This document shows, one piece after another, positions 38,899 to 53,110 of a stretch of DNA of 64,000 nucleotides (position 1 is the first letter of the stretch; each line of letters opens with the position of its first letter). The notes below the pieces were generated by a model that worked only from the letters and a program-made list of their open reading frames with translations, did no database searches and was not told the origin of the DNA. Position numbers and translations under genes: made by a program. The stretch comes from Octopus sinensis (Eukaryota): contig NC_042997.1 of NCBI RefSeq assembly GCF_006345805.1, forward strand, positions 50,716,001 to 50,780,000, given 5' to 3'.

Positions 38899-41800
38899 GT
38901 TTTCCAGTCACTCTAACACCCCTCCCCCACCGACAAGAACCATCAAGAACCTCCCATACACAAGGAATCATCCCCCCTCAATGCTCCCCTCTCTCACGCT
39001 AATAACAAACAAGGCATCCTACCCACACCGATACATATAATACCCACCCAACGAACCCCTTATAGTCCACCCATCCAACAACCACATTCCTACCACATTT
39101 CCTACAGATCTCCAAACCCTCACATCCCACACGAACCCAATCACCACAACTACATACCCCCCTATATCCCCCCATACAATCTACCAGTCACACACCCACA
39201 AACCCATCGCATTTCTCACAAAACCTTACACCATCGCATCCCATACCAACATAAATACTACAACTACCTACCCCCCTCCAACCTCCCCACCCAAAAACAC
39301 TCCTACACATACAACCAGAACCTTATCAAACAATACACCCCTTACCTCAACAACCATTTTTTAGACAGAGGGGAAAAATACAAACACCACCGCTAACACA
39401 GACCCAAAATAAGAAAACAAAAATTATAAACCTCTCCAGCAAAACACTGACACCAACCCAAATCAACATCCTAGCAAGAGGTTTGAAATTCACACCCCAA
39501 GAACACCCAACCCCCCGGAGGTCAAGGATGACGTTTCTGAATTCTGCAGAAAACTTCGTCTAACAGAAGCTTTGACAGATATCAACAATGGGGACGATTC
39601 ATTGATCAGAAATAAAAGCAACTTCCTACCATCAAAAGGGAGAAATAAAACACTGGACGATTTTTGCAAACACATCCAGAGTCTCCCCTTTACCCCAAGC
39701 AAAACCAAGGTAAAATCCAATTTCAGTAAGGAAGAATGGAAAAACCTACGTGACATACAACTGGATAAAAACCTTACCATCAAAGAAGCGGACAAAGGGA
39801 GTGCTGTGGTCCTTATGGACACGGAATTTTATAAACACCTAGTGTTTTCCATGCTTAACAATAACATTTTCTATGAGGTTATTAACAACTATAAACAGCA
39901 AAAAACAATCAGAAACCTCACCACACTCATACGCCAACACGGTCAGGGACTCACAGAAAAAGAAAGGGATTATATCACCATTTTCAAATGCAAGCCCAGC
40001 CTTTTTTATGGCCTTCCTAACATCCATAAAAACAAATACATCACCGAAGCCTGCAAACTCTCCTCTGACATCCACATCAACATCAAAGCACCGGAGGACC
40101 TAAAACTAAGGCCCATCGTGGCTGGTACCTCCTGTAAAAAACACACCCGCTGAGTAATTTCCTAGACATCCTTTTGAAACTTTCCTTACCCACATCAAAA
40201 GTTTCATTAGGGATGATCTGGACATGCTCAAACCATCTCCCGAAAACAGTTAACGAGGAGGCGCTCCTGGTATCCTTTGATGTCATCAACCTCTACACCA
40301 AATCCCACATGAATATGGTATAGAGGCAATTGACTTCTGGCTAGAAAAACACCCAGAGACATTCCCGACCGCATTAACAAGACTTTTATTACAGAATCTC
40401 TCAAGTTCATTCTGACAAACAATTTTTTCTCTTCGACGACACACACTACCGTCAAAAATGTGGTATTGCAATGGGTACCAAGGCTGCACCAGTCCTTGCG
40501 AACCTCATAATGGGTTTCTTCGAACTATCACTCTATGAAATATCAAGCCAGAAATTTGGACATGTTTTCCACACCTACCTAATGGAAAACTGGAAAAGGT
40601 ATTTGATGATGATGTTTTATCATATGGAAAGAACCTTATGAAAAACTCCTGGAATTCAAAACCATACTAAACAACATACATCCAACATCCAATTCACTAT
40701 GGAATTAAGCAAACATCATCTCCCATTCCTTGATCTCCTAATTATAAAAATACCTAAGAACCAAATCATAACGACATCTACCACAAACCTACAGACTCAC
40801 AACAATACCTCCTCTTTAGTTCATGCCACCCAAAACACACCAAGACAAATATCCCTTTCAATTTAGTACTAAAAGGTATGCACCATTGTCTCGGATCCAA
40901 AAACACGAGAAATACGCCTTCAAGACCTCAAAAAAACACTATTACAACGTCAATATCCCTCCACCCTTATAGAGTATGGAATAAAACGCGCCAAAGAACT
41001 AGATAACACTACACTGAAAACCACCCAACCTAACACCACACACAACCTCAAAATACTTCCATACATTTCCACCCACAACCCCCAAAATATCGAAGCATAC
41101 ACAACAATCATACAAAACCTCAGTCTATAATGAAAAACATTATAAATACACACAAAATCCTCAAATGTAAAAGGCAACACAAATCTTTAAAAAAACTCTT
41201 GACAAATGCCAAACTTCACACACCACATCCACCCCCAGCAGTAAAAAAAATGTGCACGTCCAAACTGTGGCACCTGCCCCTTCCTACTTGAAGGCTCTGA
41301 ATTTACCTTCAAACAAGGTACGAAGTTTAAAATCAAGACTAACTTCTGTTCCTCCGAGAACCTTATCTACGTTCTCACATGCGCTGGTTGCCAACATAAT
41401 TATGTTGGACAAGCGAGTCTCCCGTTACATAAACGAGTAGCGGTGCATAAAGAACAAATAAATCTCCCGGAATACCGACAAATTCCACTGAGTGACCACA
41501 TAGACTCATGCGCTAAAGACTTAAACCCCAAATTCTATATATTCCCCTTCTACCAATGTAAAGACGGGATCACCACACAGGAGAGAATTAACAAGAGAAT
41601 CTCTTTATTGAAAATTCCAAACACAACTTAATATGCAAACTCCTCGTTGATCAAACTTCCTTTTCTACCTCATTCTTCATGGATGGACTAACACAAATAT
41701 ATAAGGATACATGCATTCATCACTTCAAGCTAAAACTTATATTCTTTAAATATCATTTTTACTATTGTTGTTATTACTATCATTTTTATTATAATGATAT

Positions 41801-42410
41801 AACAATCTGAAATGCAATTGTCTATGCAAATTTATATAATTAGAAAATAATAAAAAATAAGTGTTAAAATCTGAAAGTTAGTTAACAAACAATATAAAAA
41901 AGATAATGCAAATGAAGCTAAAATGATATTTTTATAATTTGGGGTTTATTAACAGCCTTTGAAGAACTCAAAAGAGTTGTCTCCCCTTATTCACAACACA
42001 GGAACTGAAGAACCACAATTACTACTACTTCCTGTTTTGCCAACATCCTAATTAAACCAAACAACACATGCTCTTAATCCATTGGATCCCAATACCTCAA
42101 GGTAATTTCTTCGTGAACAATCATTAAACTCAAGATACACAACGAACTCACAATGTATGGAGCGAGTGTACTTATTTTTTAAATTTTGTTACAATGCAAT
42201 TTTCTTTTTTCCCTTTCTAATTTTTAAAAAACTTTTTAACCTAAATATTCTTGACAAGTCACACAATGACGAAAACCGGTTTAAATAAATATATATTTAT
42301 ATATTTTATCAATTCTCATTCATTAAAATTTTTTTCATTTGAGCATTCTGGTTTTTTTAAAATTCTTCCTGCTTATCATTTCTCCACGTGCTGTCAACAC
42401 AACCCCACCA
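38899..42410 (+). mobile_element. Penelope-like retroelement (Neptune-like), frameshifted
   Basis: ILARGLKF; IKEADKGSAVVLMD; LRPIVAG; SFDVINLYT; GIAMGTKAAPVLANL; WKRYL(DD); LPFLDLLI; YHKPTD; linker CARPNCGTC (41251); GIY-YIG NLIYVLTCAGCQHNYVGQ; 3' HHR-like motif. Confidence 0.92.
42246..42288 (+). ncRNA. degenerate hammerhead motif in the 3' pLTR of the Neptune-like PLE
   Basis: TATT-CTTGACAA-GTCA-cacaa-TGAC-GAAA-ACCGGT-TTA-AATA. Stem II and the palindromic stem III are intact; the core is mutated. Confidence 0.55.
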
Positions 42411-42850
42411 TTTATTGATCTATATATATAGATATATATATATAATATATTATATATTATATATATATATATATGTATTGATTAATATTATATATCTATA
42501 GATATGTATATATATATATATATGGATAATATATGTATATATATGTAGATATATATATATGGATATAATGGTATATATATATATATATAGTTATATATGT
42601 ATATATATGTATGTATATATATATATATATGTATATATAGTATATATATGTATATATATATATATGTATATATATGTATATATATGTAATAAAATTATGT
42701 ATTATATTTATATTATATATAATATATATTGTTTGTATATATATGTATATTATATATATATTATGTATATATATATAGGTTGGTTATATAAGTATATATA
42801 TAATAATATGTATATATGTATATACTATATATGTATATATATGTCTATAT

Positions 42851-42932
<82 letters not shown>

Positions 42933-42934
42933 GT

Positions 42935-42973
<39 letters not shown>

Positions 42974-43084
42974 GTATATATATAACATTAATTAGAGAAA
43001 AACCACTATTATGCAAATCAAACAAAGAAAGACTTAATCCAATACATAAAAAAATTTTATATAAATTAAATATAATTAAGATAT

Positions 43085-43129
43085 CCACTACGATCGTTCT
43101 TGTCACTTCTATGGACATTCATCAGGTGG
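43085..43129 (-). ncRNA. hammerhead motif in the inverted pLTR copy (GAAA reduced to GAA)
   Basis: Reverse complement of 48669-48714 with one A missing. Confidence 0.6.
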
Positions 43130-43235
43130 TTTCAAGACCTAAAATATAATCAATATTTTTAAGATATAATTGAAATGACTAATATATATAAAATATAAAA
43201 TTATCAATGAAAATATATATAATCAAGAACTAAAA

Positions 43236-44605
43236 AGGACCTCCATTTAATAAAGACTACAATTACTAGAAGATAATATATGGAAGGTGGTAAAAAATAT
43301 TAAATTCCATAAATTCCCAAATAGAAATAATGAATATTTAAGAAATTTAGCAATTAGAATTAAAGATATGAGAAATAGGATGGTATTATAGTACAATCTG
43401 ATAAAACTAGGAATCTATATAAATTGGATGTTAAATTATATGATAACTTTAGAGAAAGAAATAATTAAAAATTATATAAAATTGTCCAGATAGTAAACTT
43501 TATAATATTAATAAGGCCTCTAAATTAGTAATGATAAACGATGAATTGGATAATAAAACTGAACATTATTACCTTTGCACCCCAGAATTACTCTGAAAGA
43601 CCATAAAGATAATTTTTATTCAGACCCTAAAGTTAGATTAATTTGTCCATGTAAATTTGACCTAGGTAAATTAAGTAAATTTATTTTAGATAAATATATT
43701 AATAAATTAAATAAACTTAATTATTTAAAATTATGGTTTAGTAATAACAATAATTTGAAATGGTTTAATAATATTAAAGATAAAAAATCGTATAAATTTA
43801 TTCAAATAGATAGAGGATATTATTATTCTTCTATTAATGAAATTGTGTTTAATAAGGCCCTTATTTTCGCAATGAATAAAGTGGGAATGACATTTGAAGA
43901 AGTTAATGTAATGTAAAATGGCTAGGAGGAAATCGCTCATTAATATAAAAATAAATTATGGGCTAAGAAGATACTAGAGATTGTTTTGATATACCTATGG
44001 GAGCACCTGATTCTGCACAAGCTGCAGGTTTAGTAGGTATTTATCTTTTATCTGAACTCCGATTAGAAAATCTAAAGATAGAGGGTGGTTTATATGGGGA
44101 TGACCTTCTACTAATTACAAAGAATTATACTAATAGGAATCTAGAAGTATATAAGAAAAAACTTTATAGTTTCTTTAAAAGATATGGTTTAAGTATCACT
44201 ATATATAAGGAGAATTCTAATGTTAATTATTTAGATGTTAATTTTAATCTAATTACAGGTAAAACACAACCATATAAAATTAATGAAAACCTTAGATATA
44301 TAAATGTTAATAGTAATCACCCACATTCTATTAAAAAATCGTTGATTAATAATATAAGTAAACGTATTTCTTTACTCTCTTATGATATAGAGATTTTTAA
44401 TAAACATGCTCCTTATTATAACGAGGCCCTTAGAGAGGCAGGTTATAATAGGAATATTAAATTTTATAATAAAATTAATGATAAAGATATAACAAATAAT
44501 TTTAGAGATAATTTTATTAATAATAATATAATTTTGTTAGTATTAGTGGTTAAAAATATTAGAAAGAAATTATAAAAATAAAAATAATAAAAATAAAAAT
44601 AAGAA

Positions 44606-44664
<59 letters not shown>

Positions 44665-45510
44665 TAATAATAATAATAATAATATTAATAAAATTAATAA
44701 CATTAATAATTCTTTAATGTTGTACATAGATATAAATCTGATAATAGTAATAATTTAAATATGATAAAGAAAATAAATACAATAATAATAATGACAGTTA
44801 TAATAATAATAAGGTTAAATATGAATAAAATTTGGTTAATAGTTCCTTATGGTGATCAAGTAAAACGAATATTATTAAAGAGATTTTAGATATTATCGAA
44901 CTCTTTATTCGAGATAATCGTAAATATAAAAACATTTTCTCTAGTAATAATTTTGGAGTAGGTTTATTCACCACTAATAATGTAGGTAACATTATTTCTT
45001 CATTTAACAAATTTAAACTGAATAATTTTTATAAAAATAAATTATTTAATAATACTAATAATAAAGATAAGACATATATTAACTGTACTTGTAGAGATAA
45101 ATCTAAATGTAAATTAAATAATAAATGCGATATTAATGATGTAGTGTATAAATGTATAGTTATATTACATGATAATAATTTAAGAATAATAATTACCCAA
45201 AAGCGATTTATATAGGGTCTACTTCCTCTAAAATAAAATTAAGAATCGCACAACATCTGAATTCTTTTAAAAATAAAAACTTAATCAACTCCACTGGACT
45301 TAGCAAGTACATTTGGAGACTTAAATCACAAAATATTAATATAACTTATCTTGGGAAATAATTTGTAAAACTAAATCATATACTATAGGAGTGAATTTTT
45401 GTTATTTGTGCGCTAATGAGTTTAAGGAAATTTTATTTATAGGTATTATAATTTACTGAATACAGGTGAAGAGCGCAAAATAAAATGCAGACACAGGTTA
45501 CTTACTTATA
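43236..45510 (+). pseudogene. PLE RT + C-terminal GIY-YIG (possibly Hydra-clade-like), disrupted
   Basis: VQSDKTRNLY; HPRITLKDHK...VRLICPCK; MGAPDSAQAAGLVG; LYGDD; YLDVNFNL; NSNHP; NCTCRDKSKC; IYIGST...NSTGLSKYIW; CYLCANE; CRH. An (AAT)n expansion lies at ~44580-44700. Confidence 0.85.
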
Positions 45511-45907
45511 TAATAAGTTTCATGATAAATAATAATTATTTATTAATATTAAATAGCTCCCTATTATAGGTTTTGTTCTAGTATTATAAATTTTAAATGT
45601 TTAGAGTACTTTTTATTTTATAATAATTTATTTTAGTTATGTAGATTAGGTTTTAATTATAGTTAGATATAGATGGTTTTCATTGTATTAATTAATTTCT
45701 TATTAATGTATATTAAATAAATGTTTATTGATATTGAGTCTGGTAAGTTACAATTTTATTATTTTAGATTTATTTTAGATTTATTTTATTTTATTTTATT
45801 TATTTTATTTTATTATTTACCTCTATTATGTATTGTGTATATAGACATTTATATATATTTATTTATAATTTATGTGAATGTGTGTGTTTGTATAATGAGT
45901 ATTGTTG

Positions 45908-45951
<44 letters not shown>

Positions 45952-46497
45952 TATTTATTTGGATGGTGTGGGCTGGTATATATGGTGTATATATCGAGTA
46001 TTGTATGTATGTATAAGTATGTATGAGTATGTATATGTGTGTGGTGTAGGTGTGTGTACATATGTTTGTGTATATATGTATATGAAAGTATGTGAGTATA
46101 TATGTGTATATGTTATGTATATGTATATGTATGTAGATGTGTGTGTGTGTATATATGTATTTGTGCATGTAATGTGTATATGTATATATGTATATGTGCT
46201 GCATGCGTGAGTTTGGTATTTTATTATATTGTGTATGCGTGTGTGTTGGTGTACTATAAATGTTTTGTGTAGTATATGGGTTTGTTATGAATATTAGTCT
46301 TAGGTTGGGATGTGGGGGTGTGGGAAATAGTTTATAGTGTGGGGGTATTGCTATATAGATTTGTATTGTGTATTTAATAATTGTTGGTTTTAGTCATTTA
46401 ATTTTTATGTGGGTTCATTATCATGGTTATTTTAATGAATATTATATCTGTGTCTATATTTTTAATGAAATTATATCTGTGTCTTGTATATGTATGC

Positions 46498-46529
<32 letters not shown>

Positions 46530-48668
46530 GGATGTGTGTACGTATTTAGATAAGTTTATTTACATTCATATATTATACTATAATATTAATTTATGGCTGA
46601 TATGGGTATAACCTGATACGGGTTGAATTGGATGAATGGGAGCCACATGTTGTTGAATGCATAGGGGTGCATTTGGATGGTTGTCCCCTACATATTGTGA
46701 ATGTTTCCAATCCCTTGTATTATAGATTGGAATGGTGATCATGCAGATTTATTTATGCTGGGTGAGATTGTGATGTAGCCATACATACGTATATATAGAG
46801 TATGGGTGGGGGGGGGTGTCCGTGAATATGCATGTGAATGTGCGTGTGTGCACGTGTGCGTTGTACTAGTGTGTATGTGAGATGCGGGTGTGCATGCGTG
46901 CACATGTACATGCGTGCACATGTACATGCGTGTGCTTGTGCATGCACATGTATACATGCATGCTTGCATGTGCGCACGTTTGCACCCGTATGCGTGTACA
47001 CACTCATACTTATTTTTTTGTGAATGTGTGTGTTTTTATATATATGAGTATTTGATGTGTGTGTGTATATATATATATATTTATGGATGTATATGTATTT
47101 ATTTATTTATTTGTATGGGTGTGGGTGTGAATATATTGGTGTATATATCGAGTATTGTACGTATGTATATGTATGTGAGAGTGTGTATATGTATATGGTG
47201 TGGGTGTGTGTAAATATGTGTGTGTATATGTGTGTGAATGTATAGATGGGGGGATTGCTATATAGGTTTGTTCTTGTGTATCTGGTAATGGGTGGTTTTG
47301 ATCATTATATTTGTTTTGTTTGGGTTTGTTTATCATGCTTGTTTTATTAAAGAATATTTTAGTAAATTCATTCTATTTACGATGATAAACATATTATTCC
47401 ATTCATAATTTTTAAATAACGTTGGTTCATCACGCGCAAAGAATTTATTAAAAATTTATTCTATTTCTGTTGATAACGTAATTTCTTAAACGCTGTAAGA
47501 CGTTTGTCATTCAAATTTACTTCATAGTTCAAAATTGCATAGAAGGTACGTACTTTTTTTTAAGATCTCCAAATTGTAATTTTTAATATGTGTAAGCCTT
47601 TGAATAATAATATTCTCCTTATGTTAATCTTGTTGTTTATGTAGTGATCTATTTATCGTATTTTTCTTTGTTATTAGTTATTAAATAATTTAGACAAACT
47701 TTGATAAATAGATAGGTTTCGATTTAAAATGGTTAGGCTATGTTTAATAATAGAATAATTTTATATACGATAATATTCCCATTCATAAATTTGTTTATAG
47801 TAATGATAGTATTTTTTAATAATATATTACTAAGTAAGGATTATTCCTATAAGTATGTAGCTGAGTATCTGTGTCTACTGGATTTGTTTCTCCTCTGTGT
47901 TAGAGTATTGCAGTGTGAATACGGTTATGTATGAATGATTGTATGTGTGTGTGTGTGAGTATGCATTATTAATGTGTAGAAATATTGTATTTATGTATTT
48001 GTGTATGTATAAATATATACGTGTGTGTGTGTGTTTGTTTACGTATTTATATATGTTTATTACATGCATATAGTATATAGAATATATATGTGTGTGTGTT
48101 TGTCTACGTATTTATATATGGTTATTACATATATATAGTATATAGTATTTAATAATATTTTACTAAGAATGAAATATTTATATAAGTTTGTGGTTGAGTA
48201 TCTGCGGCTACTGGATGTTATATTTCCTCTGTGTTAGTATCATGTTGAGAGAATATGTTTATGAATGAGTGATTGTATGTGTGTGTGTGGGAGTATGAAT
48301 AAGCAATGTGTAGAAGTATACGGCTACATTATAAATTTATCTTGTCTATATGTTTATGTGTATGTATAGATATATATATGGGTGTGTGAGTTTGTGTAAG
48401 TATTTAGATATGTTTATATACATACATGGATATATGTGCATGATCATGTGTGTATATATTTTTTATTTTTTGTTTTTGTTTTTTGAAATTAGCTATTTCA
48501 TCTTTAAATATGAGAATTTAAATACTAGGTTTCATTATATACAATCGTTTATAGAGGTTATTTTAGTTCTTGATTATATATATTTTCATTGATAATTTTA
48601 TATTTTATATATATTAGTCATTTCAAATTTATATCTTAAAAATATTGATTATATTTTAGGTCTTGAAA

Positions 48669-48714
48669 CCACCTGATGAATGTCCATAGAAGTGACAAGA
48701 AACGATCGTAGTGG
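48669..48714 (+). ncRNA. minimal type I hammerhead motif, intact core
   Basis: CCAC-CTGATGA-ATGTC..GACAA-GAAA-CGATCG-TA-GTGG; predicted cut after 48710. Confidence 0.82.
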
Positions 48715-48913
48715 ATATCTTAATTATATTTAATTTATATAAAAAATTTTATGTATTGGATTAAGTCTTTCTTTGTTTGATTTGCATAATAGTGGTTTTG
48801 TCTCTAATTAATATTATATTATATTTTACTATAAAATTGAATTCAATCCTAAATCTGATTTTTCCCTGTAAATTTGGTTTTTTCCCTAATATATTATATG
48901 CATATATATAATA

Positions 48914-48944
<31 letters not shown>

Positions 48945-48945
<1 letters not shown>

Positions 48946-51900
48946 ACAAATCACCCAAAACAATTAAAACCATCCCTCTCGCCTCAACATTTCTGCTAAT
49001 GCCCAAGGCATCAGCCTTCCACCAATACACAAAAATAGAAGATAAGATTCCTGGAGGACTGGGTCGGGGAGGCCCATCCAAAACCACATCCCTTTCTTCG
49101 TCCTCACTGAAACCATCTTAGTGACCTCCACTTGGAAGCCGAGGTGAAAGTTAAAATTTCAAAACCATTCGTGCTGATCTCTGCTGGCAGAAGAAAGGGT
49201 GGGACTTGCCATTTATGTCCATGATTCATTCTCAACAGAAGCCATGAACATACTTTTCAATGGATACCGCGAAGCAGTCGCTGTATTCAGTCAAACCAAC
49301 AACTTAACAGTAGTTGGGCTCTACAGACCACCCCCAAACGCCCCTACCATGCTTCAAGGAATGCCTCAACAGCATAAAGTGTTTCATTCAGCAGTGTCAA
49401 CCTGACAACATTTTATTTGATGGGAGACTTCAACCTTCCCGGGTTGACTGGTCTACAAACAGTCTGCCGCCAGGTTCTTCTCTCTCAACCCCTGACAGGG
49501 AGGCAGTGGAATCGCTTTTGACTTCATGGATGATTTCTTCCTGTCCCAACTGGTACTCGAACCAACGAGATGTCATAAAAACGTCTTAGACTTAATTTTC
49601 AGCAATCACCACTGATACTATCCACAATATTGCAGTGGAGAAAACCCTACTCTCCGACCATGACATGGGTTCTCTGTGATCTGAGATTTCACTGGCCAAA
49701 TGCAAAACAAATGTCATCCCTCCTGTTCATCCATTTGACACTATGGATTTCCACAAGGAAACTGGGAAGCGATCAATAATGATCTTGCACAAGTCGATTG
49801 GTCCTTCACGCACACATACACACCCACAAACATCAAAAAGTCCTGGCAGTCACTTGTAGACACCATCACGAACATATGTGCAAGACCAACCCCATTAAGA
49901 TCTGCAAACAAATCTAAGTGTCGACTCCCTAGAAAAGAAAATCTCTCATAAGGAAAATTAAAAGAATTAACAAAAGATCAACATGCTGAAATACTGTCAA
50001 CAGCAACACACAACCTGACTGCCATCTCGTCGCTAGAGATTAAAAAACATAAACTCCAAAACAACATGATGTCTATCATCAATAGTCAGCGAAGAGCTGA
50101 AGAGGCCTGGGCCATTGAGAAGATCAAACTCAATCCCAAAGTGTTCTTTTCATTTGCAAAAAAACACAGAGTCACTGGTTCTACTGTTGGCCCTCGATGA
50201 TGATGAAAATGTTACTCTTCAAGACAATGCCAAAACCATGGGAGAGATATTGCAGAAACAATATTGCTCTGTTTTCAGCAATCCTGATATGACTGATCTG
50301 TGCTGTATCAGTGATGTTATTCCCCAATACACTTTATCGGACATAACCTTTGGCGCTCCTGATGTCTTAGCAGCAATAAAGGAAATGAAGCATAATTCAG
50401 CAGTAGGTCCCGATAGGTTCCCTGCTTGTGTCTTGAAGACGTGTCAAAACCAACTTGCACATCTTCTAGCCAATCTGTGGCGGAACTCACTGGATGCTGG
50501 ATATATACCAGAAGACCTTCTATCCCAGTCTGTTGTCCCAGTTTTCAAAAAAGGAAACAAATCGCTTGCCGTGAATTACCGTCCAATCTCACTCACCTCT
50601 CATATCATCAAGGTATTTGAGAGGGTGCTGAGATCGCGTATGACTCACTTCCTCGAGAGTCATAATATGCTGAACCCCAACCAGCATGGATTCCGTAATG
50701 GGAGAGATTGCCTGACGCAGCTACTGCATCATTTTGATGACATTTTGAGAGCCTTGGGAGAGGGTTCCAACATTATGTCATCTACTTGATTTCAGCAAGG
50801 CCTTTGACAGGGTTGATCATAAGATCCTTCTGAGAAAGCTGTCCAATATTGGTGTCACTGGAAGCTGCTGCAGTGGATCAAGTGCTTCCTGTCTAACAGA
50901 ACCCAACATGTTGTAGTCGAAGGAGTCAAATCCAGCCCAGCCAAAGTCAGCAGTGGTGTCCCACAAGGCACTGTGTTGGGACCACTTCTCTTCATCATCT
51001 ACATAAATGATATTACTGACACCATCAAACACAGTAACATCAGAACCTTCGCTGATGATTCCAAGCTCCAGAAGGTCATCAATGGCGTGGATGACCGAAT
51101 AAACCTTCAGTCAGACCTACTGGCTGTTGTCCAATGGGCGGAAAAGAATAACATGTTGCTACATGAAGACAAATTCGAACTGATCCACTTTGGAAGGGAG
51201 GACGCTCTGAAACTCCCATACTCTCTTCCTTCTGGAGAAATTCTCATGGCATCCAAACAACATCAGAGACTTGGGAGTAACAGTGGACAACAAACATAAG
51301 CTGGGCTACACATATAAGCAGCAAAGTTGACATGGCCCGCAGAATGTGTTCCTGGATTCTCAGAACCTTCAGTCGAGAGATTCCCACACTATTATCCTTC
51401 TCTTCTCCCCTTTTGCCCAACCCCACCTTGAATACTGCTGTCCACTGTGGTCTCCCTACACAAAACAAAATATTATGAGAATTGAAGCTCCCAAAGGTCA
51501 ATCACAAAAAGATAGATGGCATATCAGACCTTGACTACTGGGGTAGACTAGAGAAGCTGAAATGTATACACCCAACGACGCCGTGAACGCTACATTATCT
51601 GTATGATGTGGAAAATATTCCATCAGCACTGTCCGAATGATGTTGGCATCACCTTCAAAATACATCCAAGGCTTGGACCACGTGCCACCCGTCCACAACA
51701 ACAAATCTAAATCGCATCACATAACGACAATACGGCACAACTATTTCACCTCAATTGGACCCGCTCTCTTCAACATTACACCAGGCCAAGCAAAAAAAGA
51801 AACTGACCACAGAAAATTCAAGAAGTCTTTGGACAAATTCCTTCAAATAGTACCGGACAAACCACCACCCACACCCGGATATGTCTCCGCAAACAATACT

Positions 51901-52020
51901 CTCTGCTCGAATGGGCCTTGGTGCCCAAATCCTGAACTGAAAGACTTCGCCAGGTGGTGCTATTAAGTTAGACATGGCCTGGGCAAATACTGGCCAAAAT
52001 TTCTAGGTTATTCCTAAGTT
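48945..52020 (+). mobile_element. CR1-type LINE ORF2 (APE + RT), frameshifted, with 3' UTR
   Basis: APE: SANAQG, VLTETHL, KGGLAIYV, GDFNLP. RT: KKGNKSLAVNYRPISLTS, QHGFRNGRDCLTQL, DFSKAFD, SGVPQGTVLGPLLFIIYINDI, FADDSKL. Confidence 0.92.
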
Positions 52021-52030
52021 ATATGTATAT

Positions 52031-52419
52031 ACTTTGATACTTTGATACTTTGATAGGTTTCGGTCATTATTGGCCCAGGCCATGTCTAACTTAATAGCAC
52101 CACCTGGTGAAGTCTTTCAAGTCGGAATTTGGGCACTATGGCCACTCAAGTAGAGAGTTATTGTTTACAGAGACATATCCGGTGTAGGGGTTTATCCGGG
52201 ATTTCTTGAAGGAATCTGTCCAAAGACTTCTTGAACCCTATAGGGTCAGTTTCTGTTTTAATGTGTTTTGGTGTAATGTTAAAGAGAGCGGGGCCAATTG
52301 AGGTGAAATAATTGTGCCGTATTGTTGTTACGAGATGAGAGTGGCGATTTTTGTTTTAGGCGGATGGCACGGGCCAAAGCCTTGGATGTACCTTAAAGGT
52401 GATGCCAACATCATTTGGG
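52031..52419 (-). mobile_element. second CR1-type LINE 3' end, tail-to-tail with the first, cut by the gap
   Basis: Reverse complement aligns with ~51640-51990; (ATCAAAGT)3 octamer tail at 52031-52054. Confidence 0.88.
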
Positions 52420-52519
52420 NNNNNNNNNNNNNNNNNNNNNNNNNNNNNNNNNNNNNNNNNNNNNNNNNNNNNNNNNNNNNNNNNNNNNNNNNNNNNNNNN
52501 NNNNNNNNNNNNNNNNNNN
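52420..52519. other. assembly gap (100 N)
   Basis: Direct reading. Confidence 1.
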
Positions 52520-53110
52520 CTTCCGGCTTCATGGAAAACCGTTTTCAACGTCTGCTTGTCGCCGCCGCCGCATATCCCTCGGTACTCTCTCCTGAATCAC
52601 TGGAGTATTCTGTGTCTTCTTCGCTCTCCCAGAGCTCGCCAAGCATATCGTTTTCCATTTAGTTTAGGCACACCCTACACAAAATGGAAACAATTCGCCT
52701 CTAAACGAGGATAACAACAAAAAACAAACCTGTAAAGGCCAACAATGTGCCGCAAGATACTAACAGTTCTTCGACAAAGGTAGTCCCAAAAGGGCAAACC
52801 TGCAACAAAATCAACGATTATTTACAATAAACTTTTGATAATAAATATATAACAGACCGTAACACGCGATGGAATCAATTGTTTATGTTTTATTAACCAC
52901 TAAGGGTCTACACGCAGATGGGACGGCACAAGAGCAGTGCAAGTGGGGAAAATAAAACGAATGAAGCAAAAAGGATGGAATAAAATTAATGAAGGGGTTA
53001 AATGAAGGCCAATCGAACCCCGCGTTTCAAGTGACCTCATTGAAACTTTTTAATATAATTTATACCATTAAACGTCCTTTTTAAAGTCTATCAATATATA
53101 TCGCGTAAAC

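Larger units (their letters stand above)
42981..48817 (+). mobile_element. AT-rich Penelope-like element bounded by ~255-bp inverted repeats carrying an HHR
   Basis: 42981-43235 is the reverse complement of 48561-48817. RT and GIY-YIG fragments lie at 43236-45510. Both ends abut (TA)n. Confidence 0.8.
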
